Source of the DNA: Vicugna vicugna
Lineage: Eukaryota
Assembly: GCA_013265495.1 (NCBI GenBank)
Contig: MU061904.1
Coordinates: forward strand, 1,054,001-1,118,000
Direction of reading: 5' to 3'
DNA: 64,000 nucleotides
The notes under the pieces were generated by a model. The model made no database searches. It worked only from the letters and a program-made list of their open reading frames with translations, and was not told the origin of the DNA. A program made the translations under genes and the position numbers. This document shows positions 1-12,596 of the stretch, piece after piece. Every line of letters starts with the position of its first letter. The first letter of the stretch is position 1.

Positions 1-2224
1 GTGGCAACTTCTGGAACTGACTTTGAAGGAGGAGGAAGAGTCCACAGGCAGAGCAGAGATGGGTGTACAGGGTGGAGCCCCCCACCCTGAATACCTGCAA
101 AATCCCAGAGGAGGAGAGAGAAAGGAGGTCCGCCTGTTGGGGGCCCTTTCAGAAAATTGTGAAATGATCAGGGAGTTGGTTCCAGAAAGGCAGAGACCAG
201 ATCACAGGGTCTATTTGGACTTGAGTCTGGGGACACTAGGGAGGCTTTGAGGGGTTTTAAGCAGCGCAACACCAATACCAGCCTCCTTCCAGCCTCCCCC
301 ATCAGGCAGCGCTGGGCAGTGCCTGCCCCAGGGGCTCTGGCTGGGGCAACAGCCAGGCTCCAACCAGCACATCAAACGCCCACCAAAGGTGATTAGAATC
401 TGGATTTCAGATGACGTTCCTCCCCATTTACTCCTCGGGGTAACCCTAAACCTTATGATGTCTACGTTCTTATGCTGAAAGTGAAATCCAGTCCTTTCTA
501 GCAGCAGGTGGGTGCTTCCTGGTGAGGGCATAGCCAGGCAAGCAAGGTAATGGTTACCAGATGCAGGTCCACACGCTCCGCCTGCCCAGGTCAGTGGCAC
601 CCAAGCCCCACTGGCGCGGATGACCACCTGCATTTACACAGGGGCGCTGAATCCACGCAAGGGGAGCTGGGGCCTGGAGGGCACCTGATGCCCCTCAGTG
701 ATGGTGAACTGATATTTAGCTCCTGCTATAATCCTTCAAGGCCCTGATGTGGGCAGAGGATCCAGGAATGTGAGCACTGAAAGAGTCAGACTTCTTTGAA
801 ATGCAAATGGTTAAAGCCAACTCGGCCAACCTTACACACAAAGGGACTCAATGGTTCTGAAAATATGGGTTCCCCTAACTGTCCGAAAGCAGTGCTAAAG
901 CGAAGAAGCAATTACCTTAGGACTCATATCGCTAAGGAATGCACAAAATAAACAGAGATAAAGCACAGATGCTCACAGACACAGTTCAAAGCTATGGCAG
1001 CTTGATGCTGAGATGCTGAGTGCAGTTCCCAGGGAAGGGGCTTGGTGGTGCCCCTCTCACTGCTTGGGGTGCATGCTGCGCCTATAATGCTGGCTGCAAA
1101 ACAAACACTGAACGCTATTTTTGCTTTTCCCCTTCATATTAGGGAAAATCCTCTTCGGATTTCTCTCAGCAAAAACAGGTACTAGTGTAGATGTCTCATA
1201 AAAGCAAAGTGGTGTGAAGTGAACTTTCAAAGAGCAGGGGATACCTAGCCAACCAAGTGTTTAAGAAGCAAACCATGCCTGGAGTGACAGGGTGCAGCAG
1301 CTCAGAGCAACTAGAAGCAGGGGCTTAGATACCCCAGGCCTCTCTCTCCGCCTTGGGTCTTTACTCTCTCTGCAGATGGCAGGAAATGTGTCAGCCTACA
1401 TTCCCTCATGGCTGTCATCCACAGCCTTCACCGGCAGAGGACTGACTCCATTCCTTAGTTCCAGGGTTAGAAATCCCAGGGAAGGCACTGACTGGCTGAG
1501 TATGGGCTAGATACCCACCCCTTAACCAATCAACTGTGGCCAGGGGGTGTGGTCATGTGAGATGTGCAGCTTCCCACAGAACCACCTGGGCAGCCTCCAG
1601 AAAGGATGTGCGCAGCTCCCAGAGGAAAGGGGTGTGGGGTGAGCCACCAGATAGTAGCACACTCCAGTTTCATCACCAGTGAGTGGAAGAGTCTGGATTT
1701 ATTCCCAGGCCTGCTGGGTTCCAAAGCCCACATTCATTCTCTGATGCATGCTGTCTCTCTGAGGCTCTGAATGTCTCCTCCTATATTAGGAAATCAGAGT
1801 TGGTCTGTCAGCCTCTCCAGAAAGTTAAAACAAATTTACTATCTAGGCAGTAATAGCCATGGATATACTTCTGGCATCCAAAGCCAGGCAAAGGACAGCA
1901 CTAGATTGGGAGCCATATTTTCCATCTTCTGTTTCATAGCCATTGTCACCACCTTTACGGCCTTTTTTTTTTTTTTTGGTTTATTTATTTACAGCCACTT
2001 TTTTTAATCACCTTTTTTACACCACATCCAGGTCTCCTCCTTCCTGGCCCAGCCCCTCCCCAACTCTGTCTTTTCTGGAACACACTGCAACACAATGTTG
2101 TATTGTACTCTGTTGTACCAAGCGTAATTTTGATACAAGTTTTAATTTTTTTAATGATTCAATAAGCACTTCTGTTTTTAATGGGTGGAGCAAATCCCAT
2201 AAATTCTTAACCAGGCTTTGAAAA

Positions 2225-2560
2225 TGAAGATAGTGTCTCCCTTCAGAGCAGAGGGCAGACCAACTTACTGCCCATTATAAAAGAGTCAGTCTTTAAACTC
2301 AGGGGTTTTCTGCTGAAACATAACCCACTTCATGTGCATGTATCACTTGACCTTCTCTACATCACCCTGTAGGGATTGAGGCTCAAAGAATCCATGCAAG
2401 TGATAATCTTCTGGCTACTGACCCTGCTGTGAGTAATAAACTGTCTCTTGTCTCTGACCCGGAAGTTTCAAGTCTTCTGCCAGCATCCATGAAGCTGTAT
2501 CAGAGTAACCTGTTAGCTTGCAAGTGGGATAAAATCCCAGACCCTACATATTTCTTGACA
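2225..2560 (+). mobile_element. Ancient ERVL-class solo LTR fragment (MER54/MER88-like group, family uncertain)
   Basis: AATAAA at 2435-2440 and an LTR-type end ...TAGCTTGCAAGTGGGATAAAATCCCAGACCC...CTTGACA. Confidence 0.55.
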
Positions 2561-2589
2561 CGGAGGTGAAATCCGTTTCCTCACCCCGC

Positions 2590-2900
2590 AGTGCCACTTC
2601 CAGATCACTCCTTCTCCACTCCTGTTAGAATTCCTTGCCACGTTGTTTCAACCTCATCTGGCAACTCTCTTTATCTCTGCCATCTACTAACCTTCCCCTC
2701 ATCCAGTGGCGCCTGCCTCCCCACCCCAAGTCCTGCCGTAATTTTGGGCGAGTTCACAGGTCACATGAACCACCCACCCAACCCCCCAGGCTCTCAGTTC
2801 CTTCATCACCTCAGCTCGTCTGAATGACTCCTCCACTCCACCTTAGCCACAAGCTCCCACTGGCTCCACGCTGGGCAATGTCAACACAAGTTACTGCTCT
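2590..2900 (+). mobile_element. L2 LINE, endonuclease-region remnant
   Basis: ORF 2591-2827 contains VILGEFTGHMNHPPNPPGSQFLHHLSS, resembling the L2 EN motif ILGDFNIH..P....SQFL..LSS. Confidence 0.7.
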
Positions 2901-3249
2901 CCCTCCGAACGTACATCATTCTTTATTTGATTACTGTATTTTTTAATTCTAAGAATTCTGTTTGATTTTCAAATCTATGTCTTTTTTTTTATAGTTTCCT
3001 GTATCCTGTCAAAAAAAAACCTACTTTCCAGCCAGGCTAAGGACAGAGTTTAGTAAAAAAAAAAAAAAAAAAAAAAACGATTTTTAAAAAGTGGTCATAG
3101 AGGTGGTTATTATAATGACTATTAAATATTTTAAATAAGCTAATTTTTTATTTCTTTAAACAGAATAAGCATAGTTTTTCATAATGTGTCTGATAGTAAC
3201 AATATCTGAAATCCATGGTCTGTTGTATCTTTGGGTTGCTCATGGTATC

Positions 3250-3560
3250 TTTTTTTAAATTTTGTTTTTATTGAAGTGTAGTTGATTTACAATGCTAGTT
3301 TCAGGTGTACAGCAAAGTGATTCAGTTATACATATACACACATATTTGTTTTCTTTTCAGATTCTTTTCCATTATAGGTTATTATAAGAAATGGAATCTA
3401 GTTCCCTGTGCTACACAGTAGGTCCTTGTTGTTTATCTATTTTATATATAGCAGCATGTCTGTTCATCCTAAACTCCTAATTTATCCCTCCCCCATTCCC
3501 CTCTGGTAGCCAAAGTTTGTTTTCTATGTCCGTGAGTCTATTTCTGGTTTGTAAGTTAAA
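3250..3560 (-). mobile_element. L1 3' end (laurasiatherian/camelid type)
   Basis: T-tail followed by TTGAAGTGTAGTTGATTTACAATG...TTTCAGGTGTACAGCAAAGTGATTCAG, the antisense L1 3' UTR. Confidence 0.85.
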
Positions 3561-4079
3561 TATATGTGTTTTATGTTATTTAGTTATATTTGTGTGCTGG
3601 TCATTACATTTGAAAAATTATTTATAGAGAATATGTGTCTGATAATCTTAGTCTAGAACCCAACTTTAATCCACAATCAAGGCTTGAGTTTTCCTGGACC
3701 ACCCGGGTGATACAAGTATGATCTCTAAGACTATATAAGAGTTGGTTTAATTCAGTTCACCCAAGTTAAGGCGGCTTAGGAAGCCCAGCTTAAAATGGGG
3801 AAAGTGTCCTGTTAGACTCTACACCTTGTGCTGGCCTTTGACTTCGATTTTGGTAGACAAAACAAAAGTTTCTTTTGCTAAAATGTCAACTTTCCTCAGG
3901 GCAAAAGCAGATTCTGTGCTCACTTAATTCTCTGGCTTCTTTTTCCCTTAAATCTTGGCCTGGTAATTCCTTACAATCTTGCCTGCCCTTGTTACTTTTA
4001 AGAAGGTGCTTTTATATTTTATCCAACAGGCATGATAGTCCAAATAATCTAACTAATCATTATCTGGAACCAAAGTCCT

Positions 4080-5040
4080 AATAGTTCATTTCTATCAACA
4101 ATCACCCATTTCTCCTAGTATTTTTCCTCCACTAATCTCACAGTACCTGTTTTTAACTTTAGTGAGACTTTGAGACCTTTGGCTACTTCATTTCTTCTAT
4201 CAGCCCCTTCTGTCTCCAATCCCTTCTTTATACCCCAAGACCCATCACTTCAGCCTCTGTTTTATAAAAACTCCTAATCCCTTTGCCCCAATTTTCCTTT
4301 CCTTGGATTTACCTGGAAAAAATGAATCCTAGAGTGAGCCAGTTTTCTCGGCTTTTATACTCATACTATTGAACACTTCTGGGGAAACCAACCCAACAAC
4401 TCGTTTTGGTGCTACACTTCTTTCATGGTCCCTAACACCAACTGGGCCCCCATCACCACCCAGTAGACGTCCTCTATGACACAATCAGACCCCATGCCTG
4501 TCCTTCCCAGCAGCTTTGTTAAACTCTTCCCTCTCAGAAAGCCCTATACCTTCTCACCACCCACCCAACACTCTCAGAAGATGCTCACACCTCCTGGCTC
4601 ACGCAGAGCAGCTGCATCTTCCATTTCCTGCTTATGGTTTCTTGTCTTCCAGCTCATCTACATCTGTGTCCACACTTGTGTCTTTCCCATCTGTTTCATA
4701 GGCAAGAGTCTCCTTCCTGAGTCTCTGCCTTCCACCTGGCTCCATCCTTCTAAGGAACCTCAGACCAATAACTGACCTCAACCCTTTCTCTTTTCCAGTG
4801 GCTCCTTCCCATCATCTTGTAAACATTTTCAAATTTTTCCTAATTGAAAAAGGAGCTCTTTCCTTCAACTCTGCAGTCCTTCCAAGGAAGTACTCTTGGC
4901 TGCTCCCTACAAGTTCCCACTGCACCCCAGGATTATAGTCTGTTTCCTTACATTGCAGTTTCTCCCCAAAAGACAAGTTCCTTGAGGGCTGGTACTTTGT
5001 CTTAATCACTGTTGAATCCCCAACATCTAGCAGAGAATTT
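4080..5040 (+). mobile_element. Degenerate L2 fragments
   Basis: CT-rich L2-like text, with a 3'-end-like TTGTCTTAATCACTGTTGAATCCCCAACATCTAGCA. Confidence 0.55.
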
Positions 5041-6182
5041 GTGGGAGGGGTGAAAGAACAAGCTGGGGTCATTGTTAGGCCCGGCAGCCCACATTAATCT
5101 CTGTGTACTGGTTACCAGGGAATTCTGCTTTGATGGGAGGCCAATTGGCCAAATGCTAACTTTGCAGCATTACTGACGCTGTGTAATTCTTTTCAGTCTA
5201 TGGAAATTCTGGCTTTATTTAGTTAGTATCTAATTTGCGGGTTAATAAGTCTTTGTCTGAAGGTCTTTGGTGCACAGTGCAGAGCTGGGATCACCTTTCC
5301 CAGACTCCCCTGGGGCTTGGAGTTGGGGGATGAGTGTACTTTGAGGCACTGACTTTTTGTATAACNNNNNNNNNNNNNNNNNNNNNNNNNNNNNNNNNNN
5401 NNNNNNNNNNNNNNNNNNNNNNNNNNNNNNNNNNNNNNNNNNNNNNNNNNNNNNNNNNNNNNNNNNNNNNNNNNNNNNNNNNNNNNNNNNNNNNNNNNNN
5501 NNNNNNNNNNNNNNNNNNNNNATATTGCATCTTTCAAAGAGATGAACAAAAATGATAGTAAGCATATTGATTTGGTTTTTTAAAAAGACTTCATAACAAG
5601 GAGCCTGGTGTACTCCATGACAGCACGTAGGACCCTCCAGCAGAGGATCAGTAAGCTGGCCACATGGCCTTGGCCATTCCACTGTGCTTCCCTGGGCCTC
5701 AATTTCCTCACTATAAAATAAGAATCTTGGACAAAAATGAGCTTTAAGATTGTGTCTGTTACAGAATAGAATGATGGTATTCTTTCTAAATTCACTCCTA
5801 GGACAACACACTGCCTTTGCTTTAAAGGAAGAGACAACAAGGAATATTGTTTTTATCTCTAAGATCCACCCAAATCAGCAGAGATTGCCATAAAGTTGAG
5901 GGAAATGGCGATGGTCCTCAGGACCCAAGTCCCATGTTCTCAGTGGGCTTTCTTGGCTCCAATTTTCCTGGTTCACAGCCTGGCTTGCCCCAGGGCTGGC
6001 TTGCATTGAACCTTTCCAGAGCCCCTCACTTCCTGCTGGGGTGTTCTGCCAGCCTTCCCTGCAGACTCCTTGGCAGAGAGAAGAGGGAATGATCAGAGGT
6101 GCCTAAATTCTCAGTACTAGGTAAACCTTAGTGACAGTCTGGCTGTGGTTTTCAAAATCACCTGAATAAAATGTCCTGTTAT

Positions 6183-6203
6183 GGTGATAATGATGATGAT
6201 GAA

Positions 6204-6240
<37 letters not shown>

Positions 6241-6425
6241 GAAAAGGAGGAGGAGGAGGAGACAAAAAGAAGCTGGTGTCCGTGATGATGAAAATGATGA
6301 TACTGATGATGAAGGAGGAGGAGAAGGGGTAAATAGGAAGATGATGTCAAGGATTATGATGATGTGGATAACAACGATCTTGGTGATGGTAAAGATAATG
6401 GTGCTGATGCTGATGATGGTGATAA
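6183..6425 (+). repeat. (GAT)n/(GAG)n low-complexity tract with perfect (GAT)11 at 6204-6236
   Basis: Read directly from the sequence. Confidence 0.95.
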
Positions 6426-6459
6426 AGACAGACCACTATGGAATGAAATAAAAAGTAAT

Positions 6460-7140
6460 AACTGTTAGGCATCCATATCAATTAGGATGCATTCGGCTGC
6501 AAGTAATAGAAGTCCTAACTGTTGGTTGTTTAAATAATAAAGATATTTAATGACCTCACATCATAATAGCAGACACTTATACAGTACTTACTGTCTGCCA
6601 GCCTTTCTACATGTTTTCTTCATACACTTAGTCCTAACATCCTTTCTACAAGGGAAGTGCTATGTAGTCTCCACATTATATATCAGAAAACTGAGCTTCA
6701 GAAAAGTTAAGCACCATGCCCAAGGTCAAGTGAGTGGCAGAGCCAGGACTTGACTGGTTCCAAGACGGTGTGGCCTCAGGGTCTACTTTCTCCTGCTGCT
6801 TTATCATAGCAGGACTTGAGTTATGGGTCCTGGGTTAGATGGGAGCTCAGTAACATCAGGGTCGGAGGGCTTCCGCTCCCCTTGGCTTCCCCTTGCGGCT
6901 ACTATACCTTGTCTGCAGCACAACCGCTTCTAGAGCAGGAGGTGGGGGACAGAAGACTTTTCTTCACACTACCCTCTACTTTCCCCAGGAAAGAAAATCT
7001 CTTCTCGAAGCACCCAGAGAGTTCCTTCTACATCTCACTGACCAGAACAGGGTCTCATGTCCTCCCCACACCAACCCTGGCAAAGGGAAATAGGGCAGCC
7101 ATGAACTGCTGGTTTCAGCTGAACCAGTTTTCACCTCTGA
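6460..7140. mobile_element. Old MLT1 (ERVL-MaLR) LTR split by a MIR (~6565-6780)
   Basis: MLT1-like start TTAGGATGCATTCGGCTGCAAGTAATAGAA, MIR core AGAAAACTGAGCTTCAGAAAAGTTAAGCACCATGCCCAAGGTCA, and MLT1-like CATCTCACTGACCAGAACAGGGTCTCATG. Confidence 0.6.
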
Positions 7141-7329
7141 AGACTAAACGTGCTGTCACTTGAATAAAACTGGGTTCTGTCCTCCGGAAATGGGGGTGGA
7201 TGGTGGGTGAGTCCCACTAGGACTGGCCCAGCACGGGAAATAATGGCAAAATACAGGAACTTGCACAGAGTTCTGCGGAGGACCCTACAGGAGGGTGTGG
7301 CGGCTACTTGAAGAAGGGACCCCATTTGG

Positions 7330-7600
7330 AAGAGTCAAGGAAGGAGGAAGACCACCATGAGGAGGTCACGTTCAAACTGAGCCCTGAGAGGTAAGAAGGA
7401 ATTAGCCAGTGGCCAAGTGGGGAGAATGTTGCAGGCACAAGGGACAGTTTGTGGAAAGGTTTTGAAGCAGGAAAAAAGGTTCACTTATTTAAGGAATCCA
7501 GAGAAAGCCAGTGTGCCTGGAGCACAGGGAGGAAGCGGAAGGGCTGAGAGTCAGGGCAGGTGGGGCCCTGGGGGAGTCTAGATCCACCAAAGGGCGAAAG
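7330..7600 (-). mobile_element. L2 fragment
   Basis: Purine-rich antisense L2 text (GAGGAGGTCACGTTCAAACTGAGCCCTGA...GCCAGTGTGCCTGGAGC). Confidence 0.6.
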
Positions 7601-7625
7601 AACAGCTCTGACTGGGCTACTTTAA

Positions 7626-7670
7626 AGCTCGCTCTCTCTCTCTCACTCGCTCTCTCTCTCTCTCTCTTAC
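7626..7670 (+). repeat. Imperfect (CT)n microsatellite
   Basis: Read directly from the sequence. Confidence 0.9.
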
Positions 7671-8579
7671 TCTCGCAGAAAATCTTTGGAAATGTGAAGC
7701 ACTAATAAAAAGAAAAGATATTGAAGAATTTTAGGAGACTTTAAACAGTTTTCACAATTAAAAACCATGATCAAACCCAGCACCCACACACCTCTTGATA
7801 AATGTCAGCTGGAAAGCGACTCATATGAAAGCCATACAGAGGTCACGAGAGCTTGGGTGGGTTGAGCTCGGACTGGCCATCCACAGACAGTCGGACAAGG
7901 CAAGTGACAGGGGCTGGGTGCCCAGAGAGTACTACAGGAGGGCAAATGCCTCTCCACAGCAAACAAGAGCACAAAACCCTCCACCCCGTNNNNNNNNNNN
8001 NNNNNNNNNNNNNNNNNNNNNNNNNNNNNNNNNNNNNNNNNNNNNNNNNNNNNNNNNNNNNNNNNNNNNNNNNNNNNNNNNNNNNNNNNNNNNNNNNNNN
8101 NNNNNNNNNNNNNNNNNNNNNNNNNNNNNNNNNNNNNNNNNNNNNNNNNNNNNNNNNNNNNAAAAATGGCGCATTTCCGCAAGTCTAATTAAGGAAGGAA
8201 CATTATAAGGCCTTGGGTCATAACTCTCTTTCTGTCACATGTGCACACATCTGCTACACACACACACACACTCATGCAAATAAATGCTTTTAAAAACCCT
8301 ACATGACCTGTTTATTTGCAACCGCAGGCAGGCCACTCAGAGCCCAAGGATGCCTGAGATAGCCAGGCTGGGTGCCACCACTGTCATGTCAGCCAGTGGC
8401 CCTCCCCACTCCCACGCCCCCACCTGGCACACATCCGCCCATCACATTGCCGTAGACACACCTAGTGGGCAGAGGTGGGCTAAGGGAAGGGATGCCTGCC
8501 CCCAGCCCCAGGGGATGAAGCAGGGTTAGACTGAGCCGGGAGTGGCAATCCAGTGCTCTTTAACAGTGGTTGGTTTTGA

Positions 8580-8740
8580 GGTGACATTTGACTCACTTCT
8601 TCTGACCAGTTAGACAAAAGGAAAAAGGTCTGTTGGGAGTTTCTGTGAAAGATTCTCTTCCATGATAAAAAGTGATGAGCCCTGAATGTGGTTGGGTGTA
8701 TGAGGGTGAGATGCTTGTCTCTGTAGCAGCCAATAGAGTG
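8580..8740 (+). mobile_element. MLT1 LTR fragment
   Basis: TCTGTTGGGAGTTTCTGTGAAAG...CCTGAATGTGG...GTAGCAGCC resembles old MLT1 LTRs. Confidence 0.45.
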
Positions 8741-11049
8741 GGAACCTAGTGATCACAGAGAGGAGAGCTACCTACCTGACTGGACCTGCCAAAGATGTGA
8801 GTTTGGGAGTCTGGAGGATATCGGGAGAAAGTGTTGGGATCGAGTTGTGCTGTCTCTAAGGACATGTCTGGTTATCATCGTCTAACTCCAAGCTTTTGAC
8901 TTGGGATCCCAAGGAGAGGATGGAATGGTTCAAGATTCATCTTTGAGTTGGACTTGCCATCATAGGTGGGGACCAAGGTGGGGTCATGTTTGAGAGCCTG
9001 GTGATAGGTGTTTCCCAGCTTGGGGTTGACACATGCCTCAACCCCATTTCCATCACCACCCCCACAGCCCTAGATGACTCATAAGGTAGATGCACATTTT
9101 CCGCACTGTTGATGATGAGAGGGTTCCTGCAGGCCTCCCACAGATTTTATTCATCTAAAGCCCATGTACCTATTGACCCTTAATGAGCCTCTGAGATGTA
9201 CTGAAGTCTCCCTCTCATTCACCCATGCCCTCTCCGCCAGAAACCCATCTACCCCTTCCCGTCCCCTCCTTGTTGCTGCAGTTCCTACCAGTCAGACCCT
9301 GGAAGAACCCTTAATTTCAGTTCTAGCCTAAATTACACCAACAATTGTACAACGTGAAGAGAGATACACCAGTCCTTGAATTTCTTGCCTGGAAAATTAA
9401 ACAGTCCATTCAGGTGATTCCCCCCTCATCATAAGACCAGCTCAGCCCAGAACTGGTCCATTCACGTTAAAAGAATATACGCCACTGCAGCTTAGGAGCT
9501 GTAGAAGATATCTTCCTAAAGACCATATTCACACACATGTTCTTGTATGTATTCCCCTGCACAGTGTAGGGTCCAGCCAGGGAATCTTCAACAGCTGGGC
9601 AGGAGAAGGGGGCTGTTGAGCTGCCCCAGGCAGCAGGTTATGTTAGAATTTGAAGGGACAGCACCTCACTATACAGATGAGAAGCTAAATCCCAAGAAGG
9701 AAAAGGTCTTGGCCAGCATCCCAAAGCTCCAAGCTTAAAATAAGTGAAAACAAGTGAGTTAATAGTGGTGTTAAGGATGCTGGTTTCCTGTGTTGTAAAG
9801 TGGTAGGAATGACTTTGTACACTATCCAAGGTTAAGCCTTGCCGATGTGGTGGAATTTCACAGAGCACCATAGACACCTGTTGGGTGGCTCCCTGGAACG
9901 CCCCCTCCAGTGCTGGACACAGCCGGATATTTCAAGGTGGGCCCCAAAGGCCAGGTCTCTGCGACATGATCTAGCCACCGGCCACAGCTGACTGCCCCTG
10001 GGAGAACGTGTGACCCAAAGTGGGTCAGAGACATTCTTCTTCTTCCCAAGAACGTGACATCTGTACCAGCACACATGGACTGGAAATCTCTGGGGTTGGG
10101 CTGTGTTAATGGGAGCCCGCTGAGGAGAGGATCCAGGAACACCAGCTGCTGAGCCATTAGGGGCAGCCCCATTTCGTTCCAGATCTTAGCCATTCAAGCC
10201 TTCCTTTGATTTGTGATGTACCCCATGGTCTCTCTGACAAATTACCGCTTTTCTTTGCTTAAGCTAGCCAGAGGGGTTTCTGTTATATGCAACCGGAAAA
10301 CAGAACAAGACAAACAAAACAGCTTAACTAATAGGACAACAAGTCTCGTGTTCCACGGGTGCCCCAGTGTGCTGCTTCATGCACATGGTGTCTGAGAGTT
10401 GAACTCTTAGGCGCTGGATATCAACAGCGTTGACAGCAGGTCCATGAAGCCAAACTAAATAGAGTCACGTGGCTTTAAATTCCCCAAAGCTGTTTACTGG
10501 GGCAAAATAAATTAATTAAATGAATAAGGCTACAAAGCATCACCAACCCAATGTTTTAAAGAGCACGTTGGGTTTCACTGAGAATATTTAACACTAGACG
10601 TAAATATTGTCCCTAAATGGAAGACAGTTTTGTCTAGACAATGACTAAGCTCAGGAGGCAGACACTGGGGAACGGGTCACTGTTCAGAGACCTTGGGCCA
10701 AATGTCTGGATTCTGAATCCAGGGTCCTGTCCCGGTCCCGAGCACTGCAGACCCACAAGCTAGGAGACTGGATCTTTGATCTTTAATCAATCACAAACTC
10801 ACCCTCTAGCCAGAAACAAGCCAGTTTGTCTCCCTGGAAAAAATTTCCTCCTCTGTAAAATGGGAGTATAGAAATAAATGACTTCTAAGTCACCTCATAA
10901 CTACAAAGGCCCCCAATTCTATTAAACCAGTCAATAGAAATCTTTCTGTTTATTCATATTTAGGCACTGATTCCAAAGGTGGTCCTTTTAGAGCTCACTG
11001 CCTGGGTTTCGTCTAAAACAGATCATTGTAATCATTTCAGGTTAGGCGT

Positions 11050-11250
11050 TTGCGGTCACCAGCCTCCAAGATAGCCCACAGTGACCTTTGCCTTCTACTG
11101 TTCATGCCCTGAGGGGCCTCCTCCCTCACTGAATCAGGGTGATGTGCATGACTATAGCATTTTGTGGAGGGGATGGTGCGTGACTTCTGAAGCTAGGTTA
11201 CCAAAGGCATTGTGGGTTCCTGGTGGGCTGCCTGGACGGCTTGCTTAGGG
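11050..11250 (+). mobile_element. MLT1 (E/F/G-like) LTR 5' part
   Basis: GCCTCCAAGATAGCCC...GTGACTTCTGAAGCTAGGTTA is typical of the MLT1 5' end. Confidence 0.65.
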
Positions 11251-11319
11251 GGCTTAGAGGAACTGGAGACAAGGCTGGAAGAGCAGGTTGGGCCACACTT
11301 GACAGAGGTCACACTGAGG

Positions 11320-11530
11320 AGCTGGGTGGCCTGGGTTCAAATCCTGGCTCCCCAATCACTAGTTGTGTGACCTTGGCCACGTCGATGTCACCTCTTAGAG
11401 CCTCAGTTTCCTCATCGACAAAGTAGAAATAAATAATAACCCTTCATCCACGGCTTCCTTGAGGATTCAGTGGGTTAATATCAGTGAAAAGCTTAGGACA
11501 GTGCGTGTAGGTGCTGAGGGCTTTCATTAC
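11320..11530 (+). mobile_element. MIR SINE, near full length
   Basis: CCTGGGTTCAAATCCTGGCTC...TGTGTGACCTTGGCCA...GCCTCAGTTTCCTCATC MIR core. Confidence 0.9.
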
Positions 11531-12567
11531 CATCCCCAAAGGGATTTTATCCTCATCCTTCATCCTCAGTTTCTTAGTTAATTTCCTAAAGGCGAGTCTC
11601 AGCTCCCTCAGCTGCTCTGAGGAGAGAACAGGCAAGGGACTTTTTCCTCCTGCTTATGTCTAGAGTGTAAAAGAGGGCAGTTGGCAGTGGGGATGTGGAG
11701 ATTTTAGGAGACTCCAAAGGAGGGGAGGGCAGACAGTCTCCTCCTTCACCCCCAGAGAGCTGGGTGACTTCTTGGAGCCTGGTTTCCTCACCATCTGAAG
11801 CTGCCTGGGACAATTTTATGAAAGAGAGTAGCTGCCCAGACCGAGTGTGTCCCCAGCACCCAGAGAGAGGGATTCTGGCAGGTTCTACTGTTTGCACAGC
11901 GCAAGGAAGTCTCTCCAGAAGGACAAACAGTAGATGTATCTTCACTTGTCTGCTTGATTTTCCTGCTCACACTTGACCAAACCTGGAAGGCTGGAGCCCT
12001 GGCTTTCGGTGCTTTTGCAGTGAGTGAAATAAGCCTGGCACTGAAGGGCGGGCGTGGCCGAGGGCGGTGCCCTCCCTGCATCCTGGTGCAGAAGAGAGCC
12101 AGGTTTGAATCCCACCTTCCCTAATGCACAAGTTCTGACTGGGCCCGCAACAAGCAGGCGCTATGCTTTAGGGCGTCGGGGGTTCTCGTTAGGGACAGAA
12201 TGAAATGGTGCAGCCGGCAGGTAGTCAGTGAAAGGAAGCTGTTTAGCATTCAGCCCCCAGCAAGGTGACTGTCCAATTACTCAGACAAGGGGTGCTGTCC
12301 CTGGATTGGACACATCTTCTGAGGCGGGCGTCCTGGTTACCTGCCCATGAGGAATTAGCCCCCCACAAGTCAGCCTAACCACATGAGCCAGCCTAAATGG
12401 CACAGAGGGTGGGGAGTCTGAGGGACACAGGGGTTCTGTGCACAATGACAGCCCACAGGGCACACGAATCCCCACCAGTGCCGTCGAGGGCCACCTCCAG
12501 CGGTTTTCAGAAGGACCCCAGCCCGCTCCAGGGTGGGCAAGGGCACAGCCCCCGGAGAGCTCGTAAC

Positions 12568-12596
12568 CACTCCATTGCACTCCATTGCACTCCATT
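12568..12596 (+). repeat. 10-bp tandem repeat (CACTCCATTG) x ~2.9
   Basis: CACTCCATTG CACTCCATTG CACTCCATT. Confidence 0.9.
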
